56,131 nucleotides of DNA from a virus. The notes under the pieces were generated by a model, which was not told the DNA's origin, ran no database searches, and was given only the letters and a program-made list of their open reading frames with translations. Positions 54,203 to 56,131 of the stretch are shown in pieces; the stretch's first letter is position 1, and every line of letters begins with the position of its first letter. The DNA lies in IMG/VR virus record IMGVR_UViG_3300002143_000137. The stretch is one strand, 5' to 3'. Position numbers and translations under genes: made by a program.

Positions 54203-55018
54203 TCAATCGTTGCTCGCTGATCGCTCCTCTATCTTCGCAATTGCAGCATCAAAGGCTTCCGTTGCGACACTAGGCCTATTCCAGAAATATGTGCGCCGCT
54301 TAAGAATTGAAAGCAGTTCAGAATCGGCCACCGGATCAAATACCAATGGCTCATTTTCTCGGGCATAAGGATATAGCCGCTCACATTTTGCGTGGACCAT
54401 CGCTACATTAAGTATTTCGGAGACAACATCACTCCTCCCATAGCCGGCACTTCGCTCATTAAGCCCGCCAACCCTAGAGTGGATAATTTGCAACTTTGAA
54501 AGTATTGACGCCATAAACTCCGCAACATTCGGCGGAGCATGGACAATGCAGTCGCGAAATACAGCTTGATAAGATGCCGGAAGTTTAGGCAATTCAAGTA
54601 CAAGCGTATCCGGGTCGTTCTCATCAAAATAGCCCTCCCTTGGCAAAGACTGATAAAGGCCCGAAAAAATGACATTCACATCATCAAAGTAGCCATGCAA
54701 CTCTGACAAAGACGCGGTTAAAAAAACCTTAGCAGCTACAAACTCTCTGCGACGCTGCTCCTCGACGAGTTCCTTTTGCTGAGCGACTTGCCTTCGAGCC
54801 GCCCACAAGGCTATAAAACTTGCTCCGAGGGCAATCATCGCAGCATTGAATGTCTGCCAGCGCCCCCAAACTTCTTGAACATAGCCCCAATCCCATCCGC
54901 TAATAGCAAACGGCCAAACAACCATCGCGATGAAGTACAAGGCAAACGGCAGAATCACAAAAAAAAGGAATATCCAAGCAGCTGGCTTCTTTAAGATCCC
55001 GTTCAATTCCTGCACCAC
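54203..55018 (-). CDS. Membrane protein: 2 N-terminal TM segments plus about 190 aa of helical cytoplasmic domain, no recognisable family
   Basis: AAWIFLFFVILPFALYFIAMVVWPFAI and FNAAMIALGASFIALWAA. The start overlaps the nuclease gene by 16 nt. Confidence 0.7.
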   Translation of the reverse strand: MVQELNGILKKPAAWIFLFFVILPFALYFIAMVVWPFAISGWDWGYVQEVWGRWQTFNAAMIALGASFIALWAARRQVAQQKELVEEQRRREFVAAKVFLTASLSELHGYFDDVNVIFSGLYQSLPREGYFDENDPDTLVLELPKLPASYQAVFRDCIVHAPPNVAEFMASILSKLQIIHSRVGGLNERSAGYGRSDVVSEILNVAMVHAKCERLYPYARENEPLVFDPVADSELLSILKRRTYFWNRPSVATEAFDAAIAKIEERSASND

Positions 55019-55452
55019 GCTGGTTTTTTCCCTCCATCATACGGAACTGCATGTCCAGACCTGATCAGGCTTTCACCCAAACTAACGCCATCTATCCAGA
55101 CCTCGGCCAACAACCTGAAATATTTGTCTCGTTCCAATGCCCGCAACTCAACCGATTTCCCAGCCCGGAGCATAGACACGGCATATTGTTTCGCCGCCCT
55201 GGCCGCGTACTTTTCTGCGTGGCATTTACCTCGTAGCTCTGGGGTATCAACCCCTTTAACGCGAACAGAAATACTCTCCCCCACTATTGCAGGCCAATTA
55301 TTAATATCGACTTTGAACGAATCCCCGTCGTAAATAGTGCGGATCGCCGAGACAGTGACAGCGCCGTATCCTTCTGCATATACTAATTGAGGCGCTAACA
55401 ACGTCAAATATAGGGAAAGCCATCGAGCGATAACATTACGACGCCGACTCAC
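55003..55452 (-). CDS. Secreted staphylococcal-nuclease (thermonuclease) homologue
   Basis: Signal peptide MSRRRNVIARWLSLYLTLLAPQLVYA. Catalytic pattern DGDSF...VRVKGVDTPE...DKYFRLLAEV. GTGA overlap with the upstream stop. Confidence 0.8.
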   Translation of the reverse strand: MSRRRNVIARWLSLYLTLLAPQLVYAEGYGAVTVSAIRTIYDGDSFKVDINNWPAIVGESISVRVKGVDTPELRGKCHAEKYAARAAKQYAVSMLRAGKSVELRALERDKYFRLLAEVWIDGVSLGESLIRSGHAVPYDGGKKPAWCRN

Positions 55453-55691
55453 TTAATGACGCTCATGCATCGCACTTGAACCGACGGGCTTTGGCTCGGC
55501 AAGTTCGGTTTGATGCCCTGACTCTGCCTTGCGTCCCCCACCATATCAATCAAAGTTCCCGCCGCGGTCACTGCTGCACTATCACAGGCCTGCTTAGTCG
55601 AGAAACCGTCAATCATACTTAAAGAAGGATCTCTTATTGTCCCTTGTTCAGAAGAAATCGTAAGCACTACAACCAGTACCCATTCAACCAT
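55449..55691 (-). CDS. Small exported or membrane-anchored protein (80 aa from the ATG at 55691)
   Basis: GAGGGAG SD. MVEWVLVVVLTISS hydrophobic N-terminus. Confidence 0.55.
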   Translation of the reverse strand: MVEWVLVVVLTISSEQGTIRDPSLSMIDGFSTKQACDSAAVTAAGTLIDMVGDARQSQGIKPNLPSQSPSVQVRCMSVIK

Positions 55692-55845
55692 TTGGAGCTC
55701 CCTCTCATAAAAAATGATAAATTGATTATCTCTGGAATTGAGCCTACCACTGAGCCCGCTTCCACAGATCACTCTACAATTTCAAAGACTGCAGTCACAC
55801 CCCCAATGAATTCCTAAAAAGCCAGTCGCAAAGCATCTATGCCGC

Positions 55846-56131
55846 TCACACCGGCTTTTTCCGTTTAGCTTTGGGCCTATCTACAGGAAGCAATGATGTG
55901 ACCTTCTCGTAAAGCTCGAAAAGGAACGCCACCCTCTCTGCCTCGGTGGCCCAGCTTTTCTTGCCACCGCTAGGTACATAAGCATCATCGACGGCTCGGT
56001 CGAGAGCCCGGTGAGCCCTAACCAGATCAAGCGGCATAAAGAGCGGATCATATAGGTCAGCCAACGTCGATTCATGGTGGACTGATCTAGTGTCGATGAC
56101 TGCTTGAGCCGCTTTTTCAATTGCAGCTCTA
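55846..56131 (-). CDS. C-terminal end of the MmeI-family enzyme (55966-56131 duplicates 1-166)
   Basis: The frame continues ...DDAYVPSG then GKKSWATEAERVAFLFELYEKVTSLLPVDRPKAKRKKPV, with the stop at 55846-55848. Confidence 0.85.
   Translation of the reverse strand, partial: RAAIEKAAQAVIDTRSVHHESTLADLYDPLFMPLDLVRAHRALDRAVDDAYVPSGGKKSWATEAERVAFLFELYEKVTSLLPVDRPKAKRKKPV
55966..56131. repeat. Terminal overlap copy 2 (identical to 1-166)
   Basis: Read directly. Confidence 0.95.

Larger units (their letters stand above)
1..55965. mobile_element. Complete temperate phage genome (one 55,965-bp unit of a circular or terminally redundant molecule)
   Basis: The 166-bp end overlap closes the circle. 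A full set is present: integrase, attP, cI/cro/cII switch, recombination, terminase, portal, capsid, tail, lysis. Confidence 0.85.

Overview
The window is one complete temperate phage genome written as a linearised circle. Bases 1-166 are identical to 55966-56131, so the unit length is 55,965 bp. A 922-aa MmeI-family restriction-modification gene reads straight across that junction.

The layout is lambda-like. A cI / cro-cII switch sits at 43.4-44.2 kb.
- Plus strand, early-left operon (44.9-52.7 kb): RecT/Bet-family annealase, YqaJ-type exonuclease, DnaQ-like exonuclease, a canonical CsrA, SSB, an excisionase-like protein and a tyrosine integrase.
- Minus strand, starting at cro: cII, a DUF1376 replication-type gene, NinB, a Ref-like HNH nuclease, VRR-NUC and several small genes. 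A strong terminator follows, then a tail-fibre cassette, terS/terL, portal, scaffold and major capsid. After these come podovirus-style tail and fibre genes, a GH108 endolysin, low-complexity internal-virion proteins and a 3,826-aa polyvalent protein.

attP is the 3' half of a tRNA-Asn(GTT) at 54074-54118. It is flanked by cargo: the MmeI-like enzyme followed by three translationally coupled genes (small exported protein, secreted staphylococcal-nuclease homologue, 2-TM protein), plus a LexA-box-controlled wHTH gene.

Most interesting items:
- the giant polyvalent protein;
- the att-proximal RM + exported-nuclease operon;
- two CsrA-type genes, one a 57-aa divergent copy below the ORF-track cutoff;
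- an SOS box combined with a protease-less cI, which implies antirepressor-type induction;
- a recurrent late-region promoter-like motif;
- an 11-bp-phased DnaA-box array.

I found no CRISPR array, transposase, reverse transcriptase or complete RNA gene. All homology calls come from motifs read by eye and need HMM or structure confirmation.
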